Counted from the whole stretch's first letter, positions 23,180 to 36,427 are shown. The stretch is 61,562 nucleotides of DNA, filler included, from Sphacelaria rigidula (GCA_964200075.2; 6 parts of 6 records of this genome joined end to end with filler, not necessarily neighbours in it), one strand, 5' to 3'. Notes: a model not told the origin generated them from the letters alone. Made by a program: numbers and translations.

Positions 23180-26100
23180 CTGGGTTTCGAGAGAAAAGGA
23201 GAGGAGTACGAAAAGGGCGGGAAGTTCGGAAACGAAAGGGATACGAAAATGCGGGGAATGATAAAATGAAGGAACATTTGGCCGCACTGGTGACACAGCG
23301 CCGTCCTTCGGGAGTGAGCGCCACTTGGTCGGCAAGTTTCCAGCTTGTGGTTACAAACAGGATCTCTGCAGCCGATTGCTCTCCATAGTAGAGGCAGAAT
23401 CTATTGTGTCAGGTGGATAGCCAGTAGACCTATCACTTTGGTCGTATATCTATGGCTGACAACATGACTAGTTGATTCTAGACTTGAGAAAGTTCTGAGA
23501 AAACTCATGGTTTGGGGCAGGTGAGCGGTGGACCCCGCTCGTCCAGAACGTGCTTTTGTCGAAATCAGCGCCTGCAGCGTCGATTTCAGGTCTGCCAACG
23601 CCCACTTTGCCTACGGAAACCTATGCACCCCCCTTGTCCGAGGGTCTCGTACGCCGGGGGTCGGGGTTACGGGTAGGGTTCGCGTTATATTCGTTTATTC
23701 GAAAAAATCAACCATACACATACGACCAAAACTTTGGGTCGCCTCATATAGACTGAAATCAACCGTCGTAATGTCTGTTCGAAGAGGCCCGGAATTTCGC
23801 ATGGGGTTCAGATTGAAATCAACCATCCGCGTTTGTCACGAAATCATCTTGGCTTCGGAGTACTTTGGTGAAGCCTCGAAGAGGCCCGACAGTTTTGAGT
23901 TTCAAAAACGTACCAGTCGACAGAATTGCATGAGGCCGGCTCTTTTCGGGGGCAGCAACACCTGTCGCAACCGCCGGGGCACATGTAAAACGTGCGACAC
24001 AGAACCTCACACAACAACGAATGGAACTGACAACCTCACCACCACAGTGAACGAAAAACATGGAGCTCAGGCCATAGCTGCTGATCAGCTGAGCACATCG
24101 CGTTTTGCTTTGGTCAAATCGATCCAGAATTCAACCAAAAAAAATAGTTTGTGTCAGACGTGCGCCGGAATCACCCATATATCAGGGGGGTCAGCAACGG
24201 CACGTTTTCATTGGAGATTGACACACACGCAGCCACCCTCCGGTCAATACCGAATGGATTCCCCTCAAACGGAGACTACTGTGTGTGCATGAGCAAGGGC
24301 TAGCGGTGCAGCTTACGGGCGTGAGCTGTGGGTAGACTTCCTCTGTCCCACAAGTAAAGTTGATTATGGGGTGCAGGTCATATCTCCCCAAGGGAGGTGC
24401 CCACGATGCAATATTGATAGTTAGGTTTGTTGAAAAGGTGTTTCGGTATCTTTCTTGTGTTGCAGTATTAAGACGTGAGAAAACGAACCAGTCACGGTGC
24501 ACGTTGGACGTTGGGTACTTGAAAGTAGTTCAGGATAAACTTCTCAGGACAAGAGCTCTGTTTTGGTACCCTCACCCCCCTGAAGTTTGAAGCACCGCTT
24601 CAGTGTTCGGGATAGGGGCGAGGAACATGAACCGCACCCACCACTACCGTCACAGCCAGTTCAAAGTCAACATACCCATGACAAGCAACGTGGGGCATCC
24701 ATCGCAACTGTCCTCCTCATTGCAATGGATCAGTCACGACGGAGCAACGTTGACATCGCGGACAGGCGATCTCCCTGCCGCCGCCATGGTATCAGCCTTC
24801 GCTTGCTTGTGATGCGTGAATTTGAAATGCTCGGTGTGCATAAGGCGTTGCTTTCGGGAAAGCTCTCCACTAATGCCAGCCTCTTGTGTGTTCAGCTGGA
24901 AGAAGACGGTGTGAACGGTTCTCAGTCCACCGCGCAGCAGCAGTACTGCCCTGCCGTTCCGATAGAGTTCATGACGTCTTCCACCATCGTGGTGGGTGAC
25001 ATGGTGAAAAATGTCGTTATGCGGCCTTGTTCTTTGGTTGGAAATACGGTGCCATATGGACCACTGTAACCGTACCGTGATGTACTGTACTGTAGACTGT
25101 ACGGCACTGCTGTGTACAGTAGACAACCTTTTCGCCAGATTGAGTGTCTGCGATTTAATTTGAGTGGGGGCTGCTGTTGGGAAAGGGTTTTTGTGCGTTG
25201 AATGAATAGACACAATACTACCATTTCTGAACGGTGCCGAATCTTAGCACAAATTCAATGGATATATCACTTTCTCATCGCCCAGGGTGGGCGATATTTG
25301 GAATCGGGATCACTTTACATCAATTTTCGGGTATAAATGATGCCAATTTAACGCATCACCTACCCAGTGGCCAAGGAGTTGATACGAGCGACGTTGCGAA
25401 ACACCTTTGGATTTGGAATCGTTAGCCCCACGACTGTCAATAGTCACGATAATTGATACGGTATGTGCTCATAATGTCTACCTTACTACCTTTGGACTCC
25501 ACCTTGGAGAGATTAGTGCATTAGATCCGTGACCTCTGAAGGTGCATGGTATGAGGTATGCCGTCGCTGGGAGTGGGCGACGTTTTGGCGTACGTCTGAG
25601 AAAAACGCCTGTAGGAGTGTTGAACACCAATTAAATTCAAAAATAGATTTTTAAGGACGAGGGGACGACAATAATAACCAAATAACTTGAAAATAATGCA
25701 TGTGACAAAACCATCGACAGAAGCATTCTTTTTGTCACGAACTTGTGTTCACATCATTCGGCAGGCCTGGACGACAATGAATGCATTTATCACGAGGTCT
25801 GGTCGCTAAACAAGCGGTTGATATTGCTGGGCGTAGCTCTGAATTTTAGTTCGTCGTCTTTCAAGTTGCGAGAGTCTGCCTATGCTCAGTAGGTTAAGCG
25901 TACGATTCGTGTCGTTTGGATGTATTGGCATAACATTTCGCCCTGGGTTGACACACGCTGAAGAAATACCCACATTAAACAAGAAAAAAACACATAGCCG
26001 TGGTGGCTGGTTCCCGTACCAATAAGTACCAGGGTGGCCCGTTACCGTCCAAAAAATATCTTGCGTCACCAAGGTGGCCGATTCCTGCATCAGCTACCAT

Positions 26101-26264
26101 CCAAAGAGTACCGTGCATTACCAAGGTTGCTGGATACCGCGATGAAAATTGCTTCACCTAGAAAAGTATCTTGAAGGCCGCCTCGAAAATTTCCGGAATT
26201 CTATCTTCAGAGAAGAAATATGGACATGCCAGGAGGAAAGCACATGGATGGAACCTTAACAACG

Positions 26265-26500
26265 TAGATCGAACCGGAGTGACGGCACACACCGAACCGA
26301 CACGACGTCATACATCGGATCTAAGCGAAAAAGTAGATCGAACCGGAGCGACAGCATAGGTTGAACCGAAACGATATCATACATCGAACCGGATCGACAA
26401 CGTACATCGAACCGAAACCACATCACACCTCGAATCGGATCGACAACATACATCGAACCGGGTCGACAACATACATAGAACCGAAACGACATCATACAGA
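26265..26500. repeat. Degenerate (GAACC/AACCG)-rich minisatellite block
   Basis: Reiterated ATCGAACCGG / GAACCGAAAC motifs. Confidence 0.8.
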
Positions 26501-26540
26501 CTGGTTCACGCCCATTTACCAAGATTCAGTTATATGCAAA

Positions 26541-26827
26541 TGCTCGCGCCGAGTCTTGGAGTTAGTCAGACTCTAAAATGTTGCACACATATACCACGGG
26601 GCATTGCGAACTTTCGAAAAAATGGTGGCGTGTTGTATTTCGTCGGCCATCGGGGGTTCCCGGGTCCTGGGAAAATCATGAGCCCTACACATGCCCTTCT
26701 GGAACCCCCGATAACCGGCGAATTTTGAAAAACAAATCGGAAAATAACGTGTTTTGAAAGTTTCGCAATGCCCCATAGTACAAGTGTGCAACATTTTAGA
26801 GTCCAACTCCAAGAACCGGCGTGAGCA
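26541..26827. mobile_element. MITE with long TIRs nested between AACCG blocks
   Basis: TGCTCGCGCCGAGTCTTGGAGTT..GACTCTAAAATGTTGCAC is inverted as GTGCAACATTTTAGAGTC.AACTCCAAGAACCGGCGTGAGCA. Confidence 0.7.
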
Positions 26828-27339
26828 TTCGCGCCTCTGTGCGATGAAATGAGCTTGAAAGGTACAAAATCCTGAAAACTCGATCTAGTATCGAAACGGC
26901 TTTTCTGGTAGGCTTCGAGTAACAATACAACGATCCCATTGCATCAGTGTTTCGAGTTACGGAACGAGACGTTATACAAATGGTGCTAGGACTACCCCGG
27001 GGCGAGGACATTATATTTTTGCTTTGAAGCGTCCTGTACCGGCTTCCGGGGTCCGTCCGGGCGTGGAGACCCCCGGGAGCCGGAAACGAGCAGATAAACT
27101 TCGCGATATTTTCCAACAATACATTTTCCCATTTGGAGCATCAATACCGACCGAACTGCCAAGTTTGAGGGTAATCTGAGCTTTTCTACGGCAGATACAT
27201 GAAAACCATCAGCGGGACTACGGAAATCCGACGACGCCGAAACCGCGCATCACCAAAATACCACGTTTTTGGCTATGATTCGATCCCGTAGTAACCCTTT
27301 AAAAATGTGCTATTTCGGGCGATGAGCGTGGACCAGCCT

Positions 27340-28805
27340 GTAAATCGGACCAAAACAATACCACATATCGAACCGAACCGGAACGCATACCGGAACGGAA
27401 CAATAGCATACATTAGACCTAACCAAAGAATAGACGGAAACGGAACAAAAGCATAAATTAAAGCGAACCGACCATAGGCCAAATCGGAACCAGAAAAAAT
27501 CGAACCGGAACGGAAGATAGACGGAGCAGGAACAACAGCATAAATTGAAGCGAACCAGAACATGGGCAGAACCAGAACATGGGCAGAACCAAAACAACCC
27601 GAATTAAAGCGAAACGAAAAAAAACCCGAGCCAGAAAAGCATTACAAGTTGAGGCGAACCGAAACATGAGCCTGTAGGGTATACCACCCCCAGTACATGT
27701 GCAGGTGCATGACACGCTGTCTGTGGATACAGCAATTTGAATACGAGTAACATGAGATTAGGTTGTGGGATATTCTATGGAGTATGACCATGACCGCTTC
27801 CATCTATAATATGTATGCATGGAGATCGAGGTCACTTCCGATAACGAAGGCTGTGTGTTTGTGGACAACATGTGACTTGAAGTCTCCAAGCGCGAGTGAG
27901 GGAGGAAGCCGTTGGAGCAGTCGTGCGAACTTGCTCTGAGTCCAGGAGGATCTATAAGCCGAACCGGAACAACCTAAACTGAAGCGAACCGTGACATAGA
28001 CCGAACCGGAACAACAGTACAAATCGAAGCGAACTGAAACATAGACCGAACCGGAACAACAGGATAAACTGAACCAAACGGGAAAAGACCGAAGTTAAAC
28101 CAGAGCATCAATTGAGGCGAACCGAAACACAGGTCGAACTAGAACCAGAACATGAGTTGAAGAAACCGGAGCACAGACCGAGACTGAACCAGAACAAGAA
28201 GATATATGGAAGAGAAGCGAAACATATGCCGAGCCGGAACAAGAGCAGAAATTGAAGCGGACTTAAAGATACACCAAACCGAAACTAGAATACAACTTGA
28301 CGCGAACCGAAACATACACTCAACCGGAACCGTAACATGAATTGAAACGAACCAAAACATAGACCGAAACGGAACAACAACATGCATTGAACCGCACCAA
28401 AATGTAACGCGAAACAGCGCAACAGCAACACTTCAAGCGAACCGAAACATAGGCCGTACCGGAACGAGAACATAAACAGAACAGAACGAGAATAATGACC
28501 GAAGAGGAACAACGGCGTGATCGACAGCGAACCGAAACATGACCCGAACCGTAACGAGAACATGGACTGAACCGAACCGAAACACACGCCGAACCGGGAA
28601 TACAGCACGGATTGGAGCGAACTGAAACATACGTCGAACCGGGACAACAGCATAAATTGCAGCGAACCGGAAGACAACCCGAACCAGAACAACAGCACAA
28701 ATAGAGCGAATCGCAACAAACCCGAACCGGAAAAAAGCGACCTAAATTGAACCGAACCAAAACATGGCCTGAACCGGATCAACATATCTTGAACCGAACC
28801 GAGAC
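27340..28805. repeat. Long degenerate AACCG minisatellite (~43-bp periodic), interrupted at 27672-27958 by an LTR-like fragment
   Basis: Dozens of ATTGAAGCGAACCGAAACATAGACCGAACCGGAACAACAGC-like units. The insert aligns with 36889-37195. Confidence 0.85.
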
Positions 28806-29126
28806 ATCAGTGTTGAAAATCGGACATCGATACCCGATACGATTTCGATATAGTTTAGCAGTATCTCGTGTGCAGACATCAGAAAGGGGGCGAAAGAGTA
28901 CGGCGGATGCCTTATGAATGTTTCAATTAGGCGGGAGTGAGGGTAGACGGTATTTTCAAGGGCTCTTTACGTTACACGTTACACGTTGCGTCACAAATAT
29001 GACGTATGAACAATTATAAGCTACGTCACGCCACATTTTTGTACGGGTACGTCACGTTACGTCACGCTTGTGACGAATTCAAAAGTTGTACGTTACGTTA
29101 TGTCTCTAGACTTCGGTCACTCAAGA

Positions 29127-30412
29127 TCAGATCGCTATGTGGACTCCTCCCAACACCACGCGACGCTCGTCGTCGCCGTCCGAATTGTAATCGCTAAGAG
29201 CATCACGAGCTTGCAGCCCGCTCTGCGTACCCGCTTCACGCGGGTCACACGCCTCTGTTGTTTCGTTCATGCAAGGCGTGCCCACAGCTACGCGCTGCTC
29301 CGGCGGCAATTCCGCCAACCCGGCATCCACCTGTCCTTCAAGCAGACATCCCTGCGAATCATCTGAGCGATCTCCCGCCATGTCACTGGCGCAGATAGAT
29401 TCACCATGAGCACGGCAAGCTCCTTGCTCACCCTGCTCGTTCGCAATACGCGAGTACTACCCCCCTGCAGCTTGGAGCATGCAAGGGGTATCTCCAGCTA
29501 CGCTGGCCCTGCGGCAACAAGCAACTGGGACCTCCTCCCACTAGTACTTGCTCGTTGGCCCATGTAGGCCTCGCCCTCTCAACATCTCCAACAGCAGCAG
29601 CAGTATCACCCATACTCGCCACAGCCGCCACCTCCTGTCCGGCTTGCTCCTTTACGGCAATAGCGGCAACGCCTCTAGCGCTCTCGTGCCTGTCCCCTCG
29701 GACTAGCGATGGCTGTGTGACTTGTTCGCCTCTTCCAACAGCACTGCCAGCGGCTGCTAATTCAGCACTGACTACGGTACTCTCACTGTTCTTGCTGCCC
29801 AGTGCATGTCTTCTGACAGACACATGCGTTGTCACCTTCGCGCCCCTCAAAGTGGCGCCGCGTTGTTTTCAGTCGCGGGCGAGCGGTTTCTACTACTGCA
29901 CGCTCAGCAGGTGCACTATCGTGCCTGTCCCCTCGGGCAGACACATGCTTCTCGGCTTTCACAGTGCAAGCATTTTCCCTGTATCGTTGTTTCAGACGCA
30001 GAACACCTACTGCACGTTCGGCGGGTGCACTGTCGTGCCTGTCCCCTCGGGCAGACACATGTTTCTCGGCTTTCACAGTGCAACGCGCCCCACCGGACGG
30101 CGCATGCTTGCGCAACGCGAAAAGCAGCTGCTCGCTCTCAACATCATGAACATGATTCAAGAACGTGTCACGCAGACATTTCGCAATATGTTTCGGCATG
30201 AGGTCAGAAACTGCTGCCACCTCAAGCGCATTCACCTGATATACCTCTCGCAAATATTGCTCGTATTTGCGTAAAAACTCGGGCGATTTCTCGCTCGAAA
30301 ACTTGTGGCCGTAGTACGGCATCTCCAGTGCCAGTACAGGAACAACACGACCATCGACAATGACATATTCCTGCGTCTCATCCATTTCGGTCAGCAGTAC
30401 AGCACTCCACAC
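29127..30412 (-). mobile_element. Decayed retrotransposon gag-like region with an internal ~76-bp direct repeat
   Basis: MDETQEY..EFLRKYEQYLREV..SDLMPKH resembles stramenopile gypsy gag N-termini. Downstream frames are broken. Repeat copies at ~29894 and ~30008. Confidence 0.45.
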
Positions 30413-30922
30413 CGTCTTTTTTTAACAACGAAGTCGTCTCCCCCTCACAGGAACAACAACTCTCTCGTTACACCGAGACGCGCTGTACCACCTTACAACG
30501 ACGACCACACACGCCTCTTCCTCACGCGGTTCTCACCACGTCTTCAAGTCCTTAGACTCCTCTTCCTGACCGTACCTGGCCAAGCGTGGAACACGCAACC
30601 CTAGCTGACTCCACCAGGCAGTAATTGCGCCCCTTTTTCTGGAACATTCACGGGCTCGCCACATGTCGATCAACCCCCGCACCTCACGCACGAGCGATAC
30701 CACAGCCCGCCCTAGCACTGCCTCGGAACCTCCTCNNNNNNNNNNNNNNNNNNNNNNNNNNNNNNNNNNNNNNNNNNNNTTAATTAATTAANNNNNNNNN
30801 NNNNNNNNNNNNNNNNNNNNNNNNNNNNNNNNNNNCCTTTTTATTTTTTATCGCGAGAGGGGTTCAGCAATCCCTTTCCCTCGTCGACCGTCAAGTCGAA
30901 TTGTCTATTAGATTTATTTTGC

Positions 30923-31388
30923 ACGAGCGGTTCTCCATACGAAATTTTATGGCATAACTCTCAAAAACTAAGAGGCGATATCCGGGTTTAGCTAATCTAG
31001 CGCATCTGCTCGTGATATACTGATTTTAGTATGGAAATGTATGTGTGCCATATCTCGAGATAGATTACGGATTAGGTGAAGGTGATGGTATCTATCGTCT
31101 TTCCGTGCTCCAGGGAACGTCCACCCCAAAATCCGTCGTCATCCGCTGAATGCATCGATCGGAGGTTTCATGAAGATTTTAGTATGGACGAAATCTCCCT
31201 TAGGTATAGGAATTACTAGACATGGGGTTTAATATACGAGAGAATATGGGCCCAAATGTTTTATCAGATGGGCACCTTCCCCTTGGTTAAACAAGTTATA
31301 CAATGTGCGGATCATGGCCGAACTCGTCCGCGGCGACGAGATATTACTTTGAGAGCTTAAATCCGTGTCTAGGCTGGCCCAGCTCGTA
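30923..31388. mobile_element. MITE family C (CGAGCTGGGCC TIR), degenerate
   Basis: Right end GGCTGGCCCAGCTCG-TA. Interior is the reverse complement of 50197-50500. Confidence 0.6.
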
Positions 31389-32300
31389 GGCTTCGGGGGG
31401 TCCCAGTACAAAGACACTGGAACGCGGTACAGAATGACTCAAAAGAAAAACGAATAACATGATGCGTCCCGTGCTAGTCCGAGGAACACATATACGAAGG
31501 TTTGTGGACAAAATCGAAAATCTCATCCAGTTTTTCTTGCTTAGACTTGAAATTCACCCATACAAGACGTTTTCATACTAAAACCGAGTAGTGAGAAGTT
31601 TGCACGTTTTGACCTCACATCCTCGCACAAACGCGCAAACCTTCACGCAGGTGTTAGGAGTTAGACCCTAACCCTTTGCACAAATGTGCTATAAATCACT
31701 ACTCAAGGTTCGATCAACTAGGTTTTTCTACTTCTTGAATCGTTTACCGTTTTTCGGGGGTCCGACGGGATCCAAGTCGTTTTTTCGAAGTCGTCCATTC
31801 TGGGACCCGGAGAAGCGGCACTACGATATTGTTTTCATTTTTTCGCAAACATTCTGTCGCCGCAAAACCCAAGAGAGAACCCCACAAAGTTTCGTGGCTG
31901 ACCTCGAGAAAGGGGTGCTTGAATATTCATGTTCAAGTCAAAGAAGGCGCAAAAACGATATTTTTACACTAGAATCTTGTAGTTTGCCGTTTCACAATGG
32001 CACGGCAAGATTCATCACACAAACACGAAAAACTTCACGCCGTTTAAGGAGTTAGACACTGAAATTTCGCACAGGTGCTCTATGGGTTATTACGCAATTT
32101 GGAATGAGCGAGGTTTTTTCATTTTTTTTACTGTTTCACGGGGGTCCGACTGGATCAAAGTTTCCCCGAAAAAACTGGGACCCCGGAAAGACGGTGAAAA
32201 AATCAAGTAAAAACAGCTCGACCTCGGGAAGTTGCGTATTGACCCATAAAACACCTGTGCAAAATTTTAGGGTCTTACACTTTGAAACGACGTGAAGTTT
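31389..32300. repeat. Dispersed TE-like repeat, related to 60480-60960
   Basis: Shared GGGGTCCCAGTACAAAGAC, GGGGTCCGACGGGATCCAAGTCG and CCATTCTGGGACCCGGA blocks, partly inverted. Confidence 0.7.
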
Positions 32301-34429
32301 TGCCGATGAGTGTTTTTTGGGTCTTTTCCGTGAACCAGCCTGTAGCGAAACTCCTTTTCTGCTCAACACCCGGTTCGAACTTACTACAGCGGAATGGTTT
32401 GTCGTCGATCCCCCAAAAATGCATCAGAGGATAGATGAAAGTGTCATGTGCCGAGCAAGTGTACGGAAGGCAGCCCGTTTCGCGTGTTATTTGGCACCGG
32501 AAACCTGTGATATCGCTTCGGCTTCTGCGGCACCCCGCCGAGCTTGCGGCAAGTCATGGGCATAGCCAACAGCAAGTGCAATATCGAGGACTACACTCTG
32601 AGAGATCTTGATGTCGTCGTAAGGCCGTTACTGGTTCAGCATCGTTCCGTCGGATGCCCCCAAGATGAAAATCCAATTTTCTACGCCAGCAGGGTAACGA
32701 TTTGCGTCTTTAACCGCAGCTTGGCCATCCAAATACCCTACCACCAAACGAGGAAACGGCATTTGGGAGTTTGTAGGACGGTAGTAGGAAAAAGACACAA
32801 TGTGAGTTGTAGGTGTCCAGAGCTCTCACTAAAATATGAAGAAGCCGGAGGTGTTGTTACCTATGTGCGCAAGTTAGTAAGGGGTATTGGTCCCTGAACT
32901 GCGTGGTTTTCAGCGTATTTCGTTGGATGTAGTGTTTAACACAACGCGAAAGACACCAGAAAAGTTGTCCCTCAGTTGAAATATGTAGCAGGGTACACCA
33001 AGGTGCCTCATGCTTCTGTACATGGAGGTCATTATCCCGGTGAAGAGCTGCACAACACCAGCACAGGTGGCGCTGTGGTGGCTATCATCTGTTCCGACCA
33101 GAGGGCACTGGAATATCAACCTTGTGTGCATACAAGGGTTCATTACCTTGATCTCATCAAGGTCAAGACCTCGGAAATCTCCGCGATACGCGGTTTATTT
33201 TCGGATGTGTCGGCCCACCGAGGGAACATAGGAGAAGTAAGGGTGACGTTGGGGAGCGACTGAAGGCAGGGTCAGATCGCAACCGGGCTGGTGCTGTTTG
33301 TAAGAGAGTAGCGTTCGACATAATGTTCAAATCCAAGTCTGGTCGAACAGGTAGCCTTTTCAACCTTTTTAACGATTTCAGCCTATTGTGTCTTGTTGGT
33401 GCGGGTTGGTTCGAGGTGTTGACGATAAGCGAACAATACGACACGTACTCTAGTGCTTTGGATCGGTACGCTGGTTGCTCGAGATGAAGCTCAGAGAGAG
33501 GAGGGAAACGTCACGGTGAGCATCGGTGACGCCACTGGTTCAGCTACCGATTGGCGATATTGTAGCCTATCGAATCACGTGTACAGTTTTCACAACTGTC
33601 CTGTAGGCGGCTACCACTGCCGTCTGTCAACGTTTGGCATGAAGGCACGTGATACAACCATTTACTGATAGTTGCCTTCCGCTAATTGGTGCCGCGATTG
33701 CCACGCTGTTCGCCCCACTAGCTACAGCGGTACAAGTGCTAACCATCCACAGCTTGTGGATCTAATCTCAGTGGAAAGTGATGTGCATAGAATGGTGCAG
33801 TCACTCATTATTAATCTCCCAATGTCGATTTACGTCTATCCGATTGCAGGTGTGCACGAGTGAAGAAACATCACGAGAGGTTCTACACGTGTGCTCAGCG
33901 CTCTGCTGTCTTCACTATAAATTTGTCGGCGTGGAGTGCTGAGTGATGGCGCGTTCTTGCGGCACAGTGATTTCGACTGCAAACAGTCACAGCATTGCGC
34001 GGACTGGCGTGTCTGACACCGACTTCGAAACGGCAGCAGGTGTGATGGGTCTTGAGCAGTGGAATATATATAGCAAAACCATGACGCATATAGTAGTTAC
34101 TGCTGTACAAGACCTACAGTTCCGCGAATTGTAGCCCTTGAGCACGAGCAGTTCTCTGCCAATATACTTTCGTCCGTGACTGCGAGTTATGGCCGACTGG
34201 CAGACCGACGCATTTATAAGAGTGGTCTAGTGCAAGTTTGTGAATAGCCGGTGCTATGTAACACCGCGAAGTCAACGTTCAGGATCTCCTTCACTGCCTG
34301 TGGACAAAGCTGCAGTACGTTGAAGTAGTACGAATATCTGGTGTCACCGTGGGCAAGTCGGTTAAATCCGCCGATAATTCGACATGATGACCTTTCCGCG
34401 ATTCACCTTGGGACAAGGCTGAGGAATAC

Positions 34430-36427
34430 GTGCCTACGATGTTGAATAGTGTGCAGCTTCTGTTTTCACATGCTGTAGTCCGATTCCTTCGTCGTTCGTT
34501 GAGGATATGCACCAACCCAGGTTGCGCCATCAACTCGCGACGGGTTTTGCGTCTCTGCATGATAATCCCAGCGAGTTCAACCGCACAGCGCTCGTCCCAT
34601 GTTTGTAACACAGGCAGCAACCTTTGTCTGGACGCCTTCACCACCGCCCTCAACGAGGCTTCCTCAGGGGGAAGGTCGTATTTGCCGACAAAACACTTAC
34701 AGCTGGCGTCACTGCAGCTCTGCATCGCCTGCCGCGGCGTAAGCACTCTGTTGGTGAAATTTGATGGATCTACGCCACGCAGGCTGTGGGCCGATCCCGC
34801 CGAGCAATCTCCGACTGTGACAGCTGGAAGTATGGGTAGCAATGATAACCCCCGAGTGCCTTTATTACGTGCGCACAGTATCGTGTGGACGTTGAGTGCT
34901 AATGCGGCAATCATGTTATGCAAGACCAATCTTTTGTCCAACGTGCGAAACTGGTACTTTGACCGTATGTTTGACCGTAGTCTGGACTATATTATCTGGC
35001 CCCCGCAAGTGAGGAAACTAGTGTTCCGGAGCGATGGTAGTTCAATGCGAGCAGGCTTCAATCAACCCATCACGAAGGTGGTCTGGCCTTCTTCGCTGCA
35101 GCAGCTAACGTTCGGGACAAACTTCAACCAGCCGATCGAGGGTGTGGAGTGGCCTGCGTCGCTGCAGCAACTGAAGTTTGGAGCTGACTTCAACCAGTCG
35201 ATCAAGGGTATGACGTGGCCTGCGTCGCTGCAGCAGCTGACGCTCGATTTTGCCTTCAACCAGCCTATCGCACGTGTGGCGTGGCCTGCGTCGCTGCAGC
35301 ACCTGAGGTTCGGAATTCACTTCAACCAGCCTATCGAGGGTGTGGCGTGGCCTGCGTCACTGCAGCAGCTGACCTTCGATTTTTTCTTCAACCAGCCGAT
35401 CGAGCGTGTGGCGTGGCCTGCGTCGCTGCAGCAGCTGACATTCGGCATTCACTTCAATCAGCCTATCGAGGGTGTGGCGTGGCCTGCGTCACTGCAGCAG
35501 CTGACCTTCGATCTTTTCTTCAACCAGCCGATCGAGCGTGTGGCGTGGCCTGCGTCGCTACAGCAGCTGACGCTCGGAGAATACTTCAATCAGCCGATCG
35601 AGGGTGTGGCGTGGCCCATGTCACTGCGGCAGCTGACGTTCGGATTGAGGTTAAACCAGCCGATCGAGGGTGTGGCCTGGCCTGCGTCGCTACAGCAGCT
35701 GACTTTCGGAGAATACTTCAACCAGCCGATCGAGGGTGTGGCGTGGCCCGCGTCGCTACAGCAGCTGACGTTTGGAGAATACTTCAACCAGCCGATCGAG
35801 GGTGTGGCGTGGCCCACGTCACTGCAGCAGCTGACGTTCGGATTGAGGTTAAACCAGCCGATCGAGGGTGTGGCCTGGCCTGCGTCGCTGCAGCAGCTGA
35901 CGTTCGGAGTTCACTTCAACCAGCCGATCGAGGGTGTGGCGTGGCCCGCGTCGCTGCAGCAGCTGACGTTCGGAGATTACTTTAACCAGCCTATCGAGGG
36001 TGTGGCGTGGCCTGCGTCGCTACAGCAGCTGACTTTCGGAGATGACTTCAACCAGCCGATCGGTGTTGTGGCGTGGCCCGCGTCGCTGCAGCAGTTGACG
36101 TTCGGGGATCATTTCGACCAGACGATTGAGGGTGTGGCGTGGCCTGCGTCGCTGCGGCAGCTGACGTTCGGCGCTGACTTCTGCCAGCCTATCGAGGGTA
36201 TGACGTGGCCTGCGTCGCTACAGCAGCTGACTTTCGGAGATGACTTCAACCAGCCGATCAGGGATGTGGCGTGGCCTGCATCGCTGCAGCAGCTGACGTT
36301 CGGGCATCACTTCAACCAGCCGATCCAGGATATGTCGTGGCCTTTTTCGCTGCAGCAGCTCACAATTGGATACAAAACAACAAGCCCATCAAAGGCGTCG
36401 TGTGATCTGTGTCGTTCAAACGGCTGA
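34430..36427 (+). CDS. Intron-less FNIP-repeat (22-aa LRR-like) protein; start uncertain, 3' end frameshifted
   Basis: 20 exact-length units FNQPIEGVAWPASLQQLTFGxx follow a ~200-aa unique N-terminal region. About 3 further decayed units lie at 36377-36580. Confidence 0.85.
   Translation: MPTMLNSVQLLFSHAVVRFLRRSLRICTNPGCAINSRRVLRLCMIIPASSTAQRSSHVCNTGSNLCLDAFTTALNEASSGGRSYLPTKHLQLASLQLCIACRGVSTLLVKFDGSTPRRLWADPAEQSPTVTAGSMGSNDNPRVPLLRAHSIVWTLSANAAIMLCKTNLLSNVRNWYFDRMFDRSLDYIIWPPQVRKLVFRSDGSSMRAGFNQPITKVVWPSSLQQLTFGTNFNQPIEGVEWPASLQQLKFGADFNQSIKGMTWPASLQQLTLDFAFNQPIARVAWPASLQHLRFGIHFNQPIEGVAWPASLQQLTFDFFFNQPIERVAWPASLQQLTFGIHFNQPIEGVAWPASLQQLTFDLFFNQPIERVAWPASLQQLTLGEYFNQPIEGVAWPMSLRQLTFGLRLNQPIEGVAWPASLQQLTFGEYFNQPIEGVAWPASLQQLTFGEYFNQPIEGVAWPTSLQQLTFGLRLNQPIEGVAWPASLQQLTFGVHFNQPIEGVAWPASLQQLTFGDYFNQPIEGVAWPASLQQLTFGDDFNQPIGVVAWPASLQQLTFGDHFDQTIEGVAWPASLRQLTFGADFCQPIEGMTWPASLQQLTFGDDFNQPIRDVAWPASLQQLTFGHHFNQPIQDMSWPFSLQQLTIGYKTTSPSKASCDLCRSNG
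35057..36376 (+). repeat. 66-bp coding tandem repeat x20 (FNIP units)
   Basis: TTCAACCAGCCGATCGAGGGTGTGGCGTGGCCTGCGTCGCTGCAGCAGCTGACGTTCGG at 66-bp period. Confidence 0.95.

Noticed and set aside
24587-25224. Possible exon(s) near 24.6-25.2 kb
   Set aside because: Overlapping ORFs on both strands with no recognisable motif. They do not match the missing VOC N-terminus.
28139-28785. Phe/Arg/Ser-rich minus-strand ORFs
   Set aside because: They are by-products of the AACCG minisatellite, which lacks stops on that strand.
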